DNA from: Priapulus caudatus
Lineage: Eukaryota
Reading direction: 5' to 3'
DNA length: 43,455 nt
Assembly: GCF_000485595.1 (NCBI RefSeq)
Contig: NW_014577071.1
Location: forward strand, 226,613-270,067
Notes under the pieces: generated by a model
The model's input: the letters and a program-made list of their open reading frames with translations, nothing else
Told to the model about the DNA's origin: nothing
Databases searched by the model: none
Shown here: positions 32,900-43,455 of the stretch, piece by piece
How positions within the stretch are numbered: position 1 is the first letter of the stretch
How the letters are laid out: the number at the start of each line of letters is the position of its first letter
Program-made: the position numbers and the translations under genes

Positions 32900-34700
32900 A
32901 ATTCTATGTAGTACTACGGACGGATGAGCTAGTAGCGACTATATTATCGTCATGCACCGGTTCAAAACTTGACAAGCAGAGCGAGAGGGGAATGCGCCGT
33001 TTCTACTCTGTCAACTGAGCCGTCCGTTAGATAGAGCGAATGGTAGCGCGTTCCTTTGTAGCACCTACCACTAGGATGTGGGTATTTTCGCCACAAGACG
33101 CTGGCCACGGGCGCCAGCACTCGTTCCTGGTGTCTTTTCAGAGGCACGCATCGGTACTCGAGCTCGGTATCGCAAAAACTGGCGAAACTGATGCAAGCTG
33201 AAGGCACCGAGATGACGCAGTGACACGCGAGAAATCAATAATTGGGCGCCCAACACGAGCCAACACACCCGCTTCGCTTGAGACCCCACTCGTGCCGAGG
33301 GAAGTTGCCAAGCATGTCCGAGAGACTGCAACTTGTGTGTCGGTCCGTCGGCTTCCCCGCCAGATGTTTAGACATCTCTCGCGGCATCAATTTCGTGAGC
33401 CAAAATAAACCGATGTTGTCTCCAAAGGTTCCTCCAGCGACGTTCGACCTCACCGGTTGGGGCCGGACTGAGAGAAAAGCTCCTTGAGCGAGTAAACCCA
33501 CGCGCGTGGGCCCCATAAGTAAACAAAGAAGCAGGTGGATAGGCAAGTTGAAAACAAATTCAACTTCACACAAAGAAGACACGTTGCAGGACTCTATCGT
33601 TTACCGATTGAGACGAAGGCGCCCGAGAAGAGAGAGAGCGTTGAGAAGAGATGAAGGTTGTCCCCCGTATGAGCTTGGGTACGCGAAGGCAACGATAGTT
33701 GAGGCTGATGATGGTTTAGACTGCCAGTGGCGACAGGTCTGGGTGCTGTCACGTGCGTTACACACAGGTATTGCGTGATGCCACGCCCGAGTCACGTTCG
33801 CTGTGCGCGAGCAATTGGTTCATACCAGGTATTGGTCGGTATGCTGTTAGTCTGGAGGTGCGATGGGAGGACGAGGCACTGCCCGGTGGAAGCTTCATTC
33901 CCAACTCGCGGAGGATGTGACTTCCACTCAGAGACTTCTAAGTAATTATGGTAATCAACAATGCACCGCGGAGTGTACTCATGGTCGAACTAGCGGTACT
34001 TTATCTAACATGGAGCTATATGTAAACGAATCATAGTGTACTCTGACACCGCCCTTCTGCCCAATCCTACAATACGAGAAGAAGAACCAAGCTTTGAAAA
34101 GACCAAGGCAAATGCCTGCTGGCAAATCAAAAAAACAAAATTCACTTGCTGACACAAAAAAGGATGGTATGCACCAAACGACGGTGCTTGTTATCTCCGG
34201 TGTCATTTATTAAAATCAGGAACAGAGCAAGGTCCAAGCACTGAACCTTAGCGGCGGACTCTGACTTCTACATTACAGGGCAGATCTCTCTCCAATCGAC
34301 CGACGACTGTCTGGAAACATTCATCTGACAGTGAACGAGACATAATGCCAGGTGTTGTTTTACACGGATGGCCAATAGTTGATTTTAGACTTGTGAACGA
34401 GTAGCGTGTTAAGCCTTGCTCAAACAGCTTTTGAAAGTCCATTATAACACATCACCTGCTTCGCAGCTTCGCAATGCTTTGGACAAGTCGTCCAACTAAA
34501 GTCAATAAGCTGGTTCGCAGGAGATCACCCCTTCCGAAAACCATGTACTGAAGGCGGTTAGAGAGAATGTGTTTTATCTGCATGATCACATGATGCCACA
34601 ATATAAACTACGGGTCTTCCCTTCATTCTTGGGCATTCCAGGATGAGGTCCTGTCCGTCATCCGGCCGATAATTCAACACTGGCGAGGGCGAGGAGAGTT
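32900..34700 (-). mobile_element. Inverted second copy of the same LINE fragment (clear at about 34150-34680, very noisy below)
   Basis: Reverse complement of 34150-34620 matches 31100-31620 at nucleotide level (for example ATAATGGACTTTCAAAAGCT and AAGGTTCAGTGCTTGGACC); NYRP near 34670 and LVRP..EY near 33980. Confidence 0.7.
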
Positions 34701-35154
34701 AGGATGGTATAAGGCAATAATATGAAGGTTGGCTCGGGATAGGTTTCCCCCGGCGCTTAAATGATGAGGTGTCTCAGGGGCGGTTGGGGCACAAACTGTC
34801 GCGCCCTCCCAAAAGCCCCTGCCCCCGGCCGGTCCACGGTTTCATCCGTAGAAAGCCTTGACAGAAACGTGAAAAACGTGTCAGAACTTGATCAATCGTG
34901 AGAAACGTGAGGGACCCCATCAGAAACGTGACGGGCCGGGAGGGAACGTAATGGCATCCCGTGGTAGCCCGCGGACCGAACCGTAGTTGCAGCCTGCACC
35001 CTCCGGGACTCAGCAGCCCCTTCCCCTCCCCCTCACGGCCCGTCACAGAATACCGGATAGACCTGTGAGAAAACTTGGCAAGACCCTAACAAAACTTGAA
35101 TACAGAGAAGAAAAAAATGCCACTAATCCCACGGCGCACTAACGCACTACGATA

Positions 35155-35292
35155 GTCGCCTACGCCTACTCCCTAACCTTAACCCTAACCCCTAACCCTA
35201 ACCATATCAAATAGTTACCAGGGGTACGTTCCGGTATACCGGCACCGTACCAAGGGTACGTTCCGGCAGTACCCTGGGGGGCATAGACCCTA
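35155..35292. mobile_element. Right half of a (CCCTAA)n MITE
   Basis: GTCGCCTACGCCTACTCCCTAACC...GATAGTTACC-like block...GGCAGTACCCTGGGGGCATAGACCCTA matches 25120-25250. Confidence 0.8.
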
Positions 35293-35405
35293 TGAACGTC
35301 CAGTGGATAGTTGGGTCTGATTGACTGATGCACTTTGCCCCCTTATATCCACAGCGCGGGTCGAGTTGACCTGTGCCTCTCAGTAGTGGTAGTACTAGTT
35401 AGTAC

Positions 35406-35418
35406 ATGAGTGGCAGTG
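35406..35418 (+). CDS. NIT2: Candidate tiny first coding exon of NIT2 (ATG AGT GGC AGT G|gt)
   Basis: The exon at 36427 needs a phase-1 upstream exon. This ATG offers phase-1 GT donors after 35409, 35415 or 35418, giving about 274-277 aa. The donors are weak. Confidence 0.3.
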
Positions 35419-36426
35419 GTTGTTATTATATTCCCATTAATTACAGGAGAAGGGTATTATATTTAAAGGTGTATATATTCAAGTTATGATGGATTCACAA
35501 TGCTCATTAATCAGTTTAAAAAAGGCAAGTAAAAACACCGGCCCCCAATTAAGGGATATAAGAGCTTGGCCACATTTGCACATGTTGCACATTTGCAAAA
35601 ATGAATTGGAGACAGCTCTTATATCCTTGAACCGGTAACACTCGGATAATTTGATGGACAAAACGGAGTTGAATTCGCTTCAACGGGAAAGTTGGATGTT
35701 GTGTTCTAACTATTGCTAACTTGGTTTTTGCAGGATTGCTGTTTTATTTGTACTCTATTTGTTATCTATACAGACTACAGTAATCAACAAGTGTCTGTAT
35801 CTAGATCCTTGGATCTAGATATACCTAATTGAATAATCTGAGATTGACATCAGGTCTTTATTTTATTACTATTAGTGTTACTCCTGATCACGTCAATGCA
35901 TTGTATCTATTATCAGCCTAGTTTTAGTTTTAACTTTGCAACCATATTCTGACAATTGCCCTCCATCAGTTCTACTCACTGTTGGGGAGTCTGGTTTGAA
36001 ACCCACTTGCGTTTTCTCTGATTTGTTTCTAATATAGTTTGCTATATTCTTGTAACTTCCAAAAAAATTCTTAACAATTTTGCAATTTACATTGTGAGTT
36101 AAATTGCAGGCAACCTGTATCTGCCTTAACTTTTATCTATATTTAAAAGCATAGCTATACAAAGAATATCAAAATTCAGTATAGTAGCTGTTGCAGCAAC
36201 AATATAATTCAGTCCTTGAAAAGTGCCACTGAATAGCAGAAGTAATTAGAAAATTGGTTAGAAGCAGCTAGATGTCAGTAGTCAAATATTGGTTTTTCAT
36301 AACAGATGTTAAAAAACTCAATTTAAGATCTGTGGCTTGCACATTCCCATAGCAGCCGTTGTACTCATCGAACATTGTTTACTAATAATAATCTTGCTCT
36401 TCTTTTTGATCTTTTTTATTTAATAG

Positions 36427-39400
36427 GTTTTCGACTTGCCTGTGTTCAGTTGGCTGTCACAGCTGACAAGGCGGCCAACATTACCCGTGCTACCAAGTTT
36501 ATTGCAGCTGCAGCCAAAAATGGCGCCAAGATTGTGGTCCTGCCGGTTCGTAATTTTAACTAGTTTGCATTATAAGCTCAAAGATCAATCTTACAAGACA
36601 CGGCAACATCACTATTTTTAATTTTCATATAGGATTCATATAATATAGATGATACTTTATTTGATGTTATGGGTAAGTGCACAAACATAGTATGATGGAG
36701 CCATGATGGCAGCATTGTGACCAACATAAATTTGTGAAATCTGCAAAATAAATGTTGCTTGAGCAACCAGACAATAATTGATTTTTTGTCTGTAAAATCG
36801 ATATATTGCCTCAATAGGCACTTCATCATTAGAGTCAGAAACTGTAAATTTATTTGAGGAATTCTATGATAATTCCATCTATTTTTAATTTACAGGAGTG
36901 TTTTAACAGCCCGTATGGAACCCAGTATTTCAAAGATTACTCCGAGAAAATTCCCGGAGAAACTACGACGACCCTTGCACAGGCTGCGAAGGAAAACAAT
37001 GTGCATATCATTGGAGGTATGACACGATTATTTTGTAAAAATTATGGGTTAAATTCGTCATGAAAGGATTATGATGATGGTCATGCTATTGTTTGCTAGG
37101 TAATTGGCTGCCACGTCTTCTGCAATGATAACCACGCACAAGTCCACAACCACACAGCAAAGTTATTGAATATAGCTTGTTTGTTGTTATATAAGTAAAT
37201 TGGTCAATACTTTTTCAATTTTAGCACATATAACATCAGTGTTAATAGTTACATTCATAAATTGTTAATGGTTGGGGTTGCTTAAGTAATTCTTGAATGT
37301 TCAGGTTGTACAACGCTCAAAATATTATCATTAATAATTTCACATGTAAAATAGACTAGACGAAGTACAATTGAATCAAAGCTTTTCATTTGTGTGTCTA
37401 ACGTAAGCATGCATCGTTTGTCTGTGTTAAACTCTTTTGCATATAAATATCAACTTGTTTGATTGCTTTTATTTTGACATAGACAATAAGGTTCAATATG
37501 AGAGCAAATTATTCTAACATATGTTTACGTGTTGGCAGGATCAATTCCAGAGGAATGTGGTGGAAAGCTGTACAATACACTGACTGCTTTCAATCCCCAG
37601 GGAGAAATGATTGCCAAGCACAGAAAGGTTTATCATTTACATTCCTGTCTTATCAGTAACAGAATCTGTGCACTACTGATATATTCTTTGTCTGCATAAA
37701 AATTACCCATGTAACTCAGCGGTTATTAACACAGTTACTATTAATATTGTGAAAATGAGTGCTTAAATCGATCTATTTTGGCACCCTTTACCTCTTCTAA
37801 AATTCACATTACAGAATTTTTCATTGCGAATGTTTCTTTGGGAATGCGTAAATTTTGTGATGCATTCCATTGCCATCAAAACCAGTGTGATGGAAAATCC
37901 TGACTCATAAGTTTACCATCCATATTTTTCCATCCGTTTCATACAGGTGCATCTGTTTGATATTGACGTACCTGGAAAGATACGGTTCCAGGAATCAGAA
38001 GTGCTTGCTCCAGGAAACAACCTGACGATGTGCGATACACGTATGTTCATTTGTTGTAGTAGAACGTAGAATCTTTTTTAAAAGTGGTGGAATCAATAAC
38101 AAACTTTGTCAGTGTCATACTATTCAATATCCACAATGACATAATAAAAATTAGTTGAGTCTGGGTTGCTTTGTTCGATCTTATTTTGGTATAAGCATGA
38201 ACGTCAATAAATTGTTATTATTATTGTATAGATATGTTCATAGTATGAGTCATTCGTCTGTTGCAACTCCTGTTACATCTTTCTTGCTTTACAATGCAGT
38301 TGACCAGCTATTTATTTAGGATCTACACAGATTTGTACCAAACTATGCTTGTGATGCTTATACACAATAACTTCTTATGGTAGCCTAAGTATTCATTAAT
38401 CACTTCATTCTGCCAAAAGACTAGTACCCACATAATTTAATGTGACCTGCTACATTTACATGGGGTGTTACTTTTTCAGCCTACTGCAAGATTGGTCTCG
38501 GCATTTGCTATGACATTAGGTTTGCCGAAATGGCACGAGTTTACGCAAACAGTGGTATGTGACCAAAATTTGCATGACGTTGGGACACATGTCCAATATA
38601 GTCATGATGTCGTTCCATCTTCTTCTTCTTCTACTTCTCCTTCTCCTTCTTCTTCTACTTCTCCTTCTCCTTCTTCTTCTTCTTTTTCCTCTCCTTCTCC
38701 TCCTTCTTTTTGCCCTTCTTCGTCGTCTTCTTCTTCTTTTTCTTCTTCTTCTCCTTGATTTCCCTCTCGTTGTTGTTGTCCTCTTCTTTGTATCTTCTAA
38801 GTAGTCAGCATTCTTGTATATTTAGAGTGGAAATCTGTGCTACTAATTTTAAGCTTATTTTAGTTGCAATTTATGTAAAAATTTACAACATCTATCACTC
38901 AGGCTCTGCTATTTCATTTAAAAGGTTTGTTTAAAGAATATTTATCAAAATGAAAAACCATACGTAACTGTTTTCACAAGCACACTTCAAGTTGGTACAG
39001 CATGTACTGTGGTAGTTCTTGTGTACGTTTCAGATACCAAAAACCTTGATCAAAACTTCTAAAGGAGTTTGATTAGGTGAGCCGTCATGTGTGGTGCATT
39101 AAGGAGAATGCTTCCTCGATTCTAGGTTGTAAGCTGTTGGTCTATCCAGGCGCTTTCAACATGACAACAGGTCCTGCACACTGGGAGCTGCTCGCACGAG
39201 CCCGTGCCGTTGACAGCCAGCTATACGTCTGCAGTGTCTCACCAGCCAGAGACGAGACGGCTACATATACCGCCTGGGGACATACGTTAATTAGTAACCC
39301 ATGGTAAGCTCAACGTGCGTGTAACCGAATTGTTGTGTAATACCACAGTGAGCTCCTACTTGTGCCAACTTGTAGCAGTTGAGTTGTCAATTTATAAATG

Positions 39401-40128
39401 TTGGTGAGCACGGTGGTGGACAGTGCTGTTATTTATTGGCTAGACAGTGCCACTCCTATAGCCTAGGGACATCCGTTAATTGGTAATCTATGGTGAGCTC
39501 GATATCACAGTGCAACTGGCGACACTGTCAGGAACTGTTGGGTAATACCTATGAAGGCTACTGACGTCGTAAAAGCACGATGGTTAATCTGTATAGTCTG
39601 TGATGCGTTGAATGCACGAGTTTGCTGTGTTGTTTGTCCTTCACTTTTAATCATTATTTTAACTTATTATCTATTATCTTTTTGTGTAAGAGAAAATATA
39701 TTTCAACAACTTTTGAATTAAACTACATCGTATGTTTTCGTTTTAGGGGAGCATTGATGGGTGAGGCTAAAGAAAAGGAGGAGATAGTCTATGCAGACAT
39801 AGGTAGGCTAATTTATAGCTATATGACTTGTCCGTGTGTTTATGTATGTGCGATCAATACCCTCTATTTTAGCAATTACTAGAATTCTGTCGAATGTTGA
39901 AAGCAATCGGTCAGAAAATAATATTAATAACGACTGTAAACACATACAGATGGCAGCACGTGTCCTTGTTACAATAGCTTTCACATGTTTTTACATCTTC
40001 AACTGCGAATTTAATAGTTTATGCATTTCTGTGTCACAGATTTGAACTACTTGGATGAAGTAAGAGACGCAATTCCAGTTACAAAGCAGCGGAGAGAGGA
40101 TGTGTACACAATGTCAAAGGCCCTCTAA
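36427..40128 (+). CDS. NIT2: Omega-amidase NIT2 (nitrilase superfamily), 8 clean coding exons; start exon upstream
   Basis: Exons 36427-36545, 36896-37016, 37539-37627, 37947-38040, 38480-38554, 39126-39303, 39747-39802, 40040-40128 (821 nt, GT-AG, phases match). Motifs [18 protein letters not shown] (catalytic Glu), [20 protein letters not shown] (Lys), GICYDIRF (Cys), [36 protein letters not shown]. Confidence 0.95.
38618..38757. repeat. (TCT/TCC)n polypyrimidine repeat in a NIT2 intron
   Basis: Direct reading. Confidence 0.92.
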
Positions 40129-42249
40129 GGTTAGGCCTATGCCTTTTTCTATCCGGCTACCATTGGTCTGTTGGTGATCAAATATATCGCTGATTGCTCA
40201 ATAATACAAATCACAGTTATTATTTGGTAATATCAGTATTATATATTTATAAATCACATCTTTTGTCTGCCCCAAAATTTCCAGAACAGTTAATATGGAT
40301 ATATGGTTCTTGTTTGAAACACATTTTCCTTTATGATAGTCTCTGAGAATTGTCATTATTTCTTACTATGTGGTGCTGATACACGTCTAATAGCTGCAGG
40401 AGGCCTAAGCTAATTGCTAATTATGAAAAATACAGAAAATCTTATCAATGTTTCGCATATATATCGTATATATATGTAGTTTGTCCCCGTTATGCCATCA
40501 CTTGAAGGTGTCTAGTCTTAGTAATTCTGATTATGACGAGTATTGTGAGTGCTTTGATAGGTAAACATCACTTGAAAATGATTTTATAGTACAAAGTTGT
40601 TTAATAAATTATTGCATGTGAACGTTTTATGTGAGCATTACCTGAAAACAGCTACATCTGATTTAATTTTAAGGGTTTGACATTGCTGATTGCAAATAAT
40701 CTAAACACAATATACATTGTTGGTCAAAAATCTTTGCTAAGGTGCTAGTGTACACATTTCTACACGTACAACATGAAATGGTAAGTGATACATCAATATA
40801 CATTTCTAGCATAGGCATGTTAATGACATTATGTCAATGGAAAAATTGCCAGGAGAAAGACTGTTGAGAAAGGCAATTGAAGCCTCTACATTATACTTGA
40901 ATTTCAGAATGGATGGTGCAAATAGCATTGCAAGGTGCATCACTTCGTGAGAACCTATACACCAACTTCTGTGCCTTTTTTCAGTGGGTTGCTATAAATG
41001 CTCTAGACACTCATGCAAACACACACATAACTCGTTTCGATTTTGATGAATTATTTATGTATACATTGTGAATGATTTGCATTTTTAAGGTATTTAATTA
41101 GAAACCACATGAACTTATCCAAATGCTTGGTTTCCGTGGGTGAAATGTTTTTCTGCACAGAGCACACGCACTGCACGTATTTATTGACATATTAGCTGTA
41201 TATTCATGTAAAACAACCAAGTCTATATTTTAGTATTTTTCAAGTTGTAGTTTTGTTATTTCTTATCTTTGATAACATTCACAAAAACACTACTGTACTT
41301 CTAGTGTACCCGTTAGAAAAGACGTTTAGTTTTGAAATTTGGTCAATGTCGACTGGACGAAGTTTTAAAATTGCTTTGAATCAACTAAAATCAGACAAGT
41401 TACTTTACCCTTAATTTGTGTAACTGTGATGTATACTGGAAATGTGCGTACGTGCATATAGATAGCAGTCACTCATCCAAAACGATGCATTAATTATATG
41501 AACGTGACTAAAACGCCAAGCATTGCAGCTAAAATATGCCACCGCTATAGGTAACTTCAATTCGTCTCCGTAGTTTAGAAATTGGCGCATGCGTACTAGC
41601 AACTATCATCTCTTTTCCGATAAATCCCAACGTGCGGTGGTTTCTATAATGAACGGATACTCGCTTCAGTCTCGTGTAGTAATCCGAATCACACTCACGC
41701 GCTAATGCGCGTAGCACCTCGGCCTTTCATCGGTAGTCTCTGTGGTCGTGCGTTCCCTGTGCGTAGGTAGCGTGGAAGTAGTATGTAGACAGGTCGGTGT
41801 GCAGCACACGCGGTGTTTGTGTGTGGCGCGGCCGGTAGAAAGCTACGCTCACAGGCGCAGCTGACACACGCGGCAGCTGTAACGACAACAACAATGTCAC
41901 ACGTTTTCCACTTTATTTTCCATCGCGTTTTGCGCGAACCCGCAGCGTTATAGGGCCGTAACCCATTCACCACTGGCGCGCAGCCGAGTAAAATGACCTA
42001 TTTTTCAACTTTTATTCTTTAAAAACTCCAGAAATGGTGTATTGTGTGCGGCGGCTTTCAGCGATTGCACTTGCGTGAAAAGTTTTTTGCCGCCTTTCTG
42101 ACTCACGATAAAGAAAACAGCGAGGTAATAGAAAACTGGTAAAGTTCGCATTCGTATTATATTTTGGGAGTTTTCAACGTTTCTATCGCAGATGGTCTCG
42201 CAAGCGAATATACTTTGTGTGTTCGCGCGCGCAGGCCCGCCCGGTTCTG

Positions 42250-43455
42250 TGTGTGTGCGCGCCTGCGTGCATGTGTCCGTGTACGGGCGCACATGTCTGT
42301 GTTCATGTGTGCGTGCATACGTGTCTGTGGTCATGTGTGCGTGCATACGTGTCTGTGGTCATGTGTGCGTGCGTGCTCTGTCGCGGATGTGTGCGTCGCG
42401 TACTGTGATCTGTGTCATGTGTGCGTTGCGTACGTACGTGTCTGTGGCGCATGTTTGTGTTTGGGGGGGGCCCGTGCGTAATATCTGTTGGCCTGTGTTG
42501 CGTGCGCAGTACATACTTCTGTTCGGTGTGTGGCGTGCCGTACGTGTTCTGTGTTCACTCTGCGTGTGCGTGCATACGTGTCTGTGTTTAGCGTGTGTGG
42601 CGTGCGGTACGTGTCTGTGTCGCATGTGTGCGGTGCGTACGTGTTCGTGTTGCAATTGTAGTGTGGCGTGCGTACATGCTCGTCGTTCATCTGTTTGCGT
42701 GCGTGCTTGCCTGTGTTCGTAGTGTGCACGTGCCCGTGCGTGTCTGTTGGCCTATGTTGCGTGCGTACCATGTATATCTGTTGGGCATCGTGTGCGTTTC
42801 CGTATATCGCTCTGTGTTCAGGTGTGCGTGCTGTACATCGTCTGTGTTTCAGGTAGTGCGTCGGCGTATCTGTCTGCTGTTCATGTTTGCCGTGCGTACA
42901 TGTCTGCTGTCTCAGGTGTGGCAGTGGCGTACGTATCTGTTGGCATGTGTGCGTGTGTACGTCTCTGTGTTCATGTTGTGCGTGCGTGCGTGTCTGTGGC
43001 ATGTGTGCGTGCGTACGTCGTCTGTGCGATTATGTGCGTGCGCTACGTAAATCTGTTTGCGCATGTGTGCGTGCGTTACGTGTCCTGTTGTTCCATGTGT
43101 GGCGTGGCGTGCGTGTCCTGTGGGCATCGTGTCGGCATGCGTACCGCGTCCTGCTGGAACATGTGTGCGTGCGTACGTGATCTGTGAGTTATACCTGTGC
43201 GTTTTTATCGTGTCGTGCGTGCGTGCATGGCGCGCGACGTGTTTGTTTGGTGTGTGTGTTGTGTGTGGTGTGTGTGTAGTGTGTGTCGCTCGTGTGTCGT
43301 GTGTGTGTGTGTGTTCGTGATGTGTGTCGCTGTGTGTGTCGTGTTGGGGTGTGTGGGTGTCGTGTAGTGTGTGTGTGTGTGTGTGTGTGTGTGGTGTGCT
43401 GTGCTGTGTGTGTGTGTGTGTGTAGTGTGTGCTCGTGAGCGTGCGTGCGTTGTGC
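42250..43455. repeat. Degenerate about 28-bp GT-rich minisatellite (GTGTCTGTGGTCATGTGTGCGTGCATAC) grading into (TG)n
   Basis: Near-exact units at 42293-42320, 42321-42348 and from 42349; the TCTGT anchor recurs to about 43200. Confidence 0.8.

Noticed and set aside
32960..33980. Apparent RNase H and zinc-knuckle fragments of an I/Ingi-type LINE on the minus strand
   Set aside because: Needs many assumed errors; better explained as the noisy continuation of the inverted CR1-group copy (LVRP..EY in the expected place).
38465..38804. Poly-Ser and poly-Leu ORFs
   Set aside because: Intronic (TCT)n repeat; the real NIT2 exon 38480-38554 uses another frame.

Overview
Eukaryotic (invertebrate metazoan-like) genomic DNA, rich in microsatellites and MITEs, with N-gaps. 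Four intron-containing genes were reconstructed by hand with phase-consistent splice sites: CFAP91/MAATS1 (- strand, 16 coding exons, 712 aa), ATP5PF/ATP5J (+ strand, 3 coding exons, 112 aa), PPCS (- strand, 6 clean exons plus a corrupted 5' exon) and NIT2 (+ strand, 8 clean exons plus an uncertain tiny first exon). Their arrangement is <-CFAP91 ATP5PF-> <-PPCS NIT2->. Notable features are a U12-type (minor spliceosome) intron in PPCS, a GC-AG intron in CFAP91, a near-perfect RFX X-box upstream of CFAP91, a Kolobok-like TTAA/long-TIR element just upstream of ATP5PF, and a palindromic MITE family with a (CCCTAA)n core. About 28.1-35.1 kb looks like uncorrected long-read sequence and holds a CR1-group LINE fragment in two inverted copies, probably an assembly or read artefact. 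The first 10 kb has no recognisable gene. I did not find a convincing wholly new biological system. Family assignments come from remembered motifs, not database searches.
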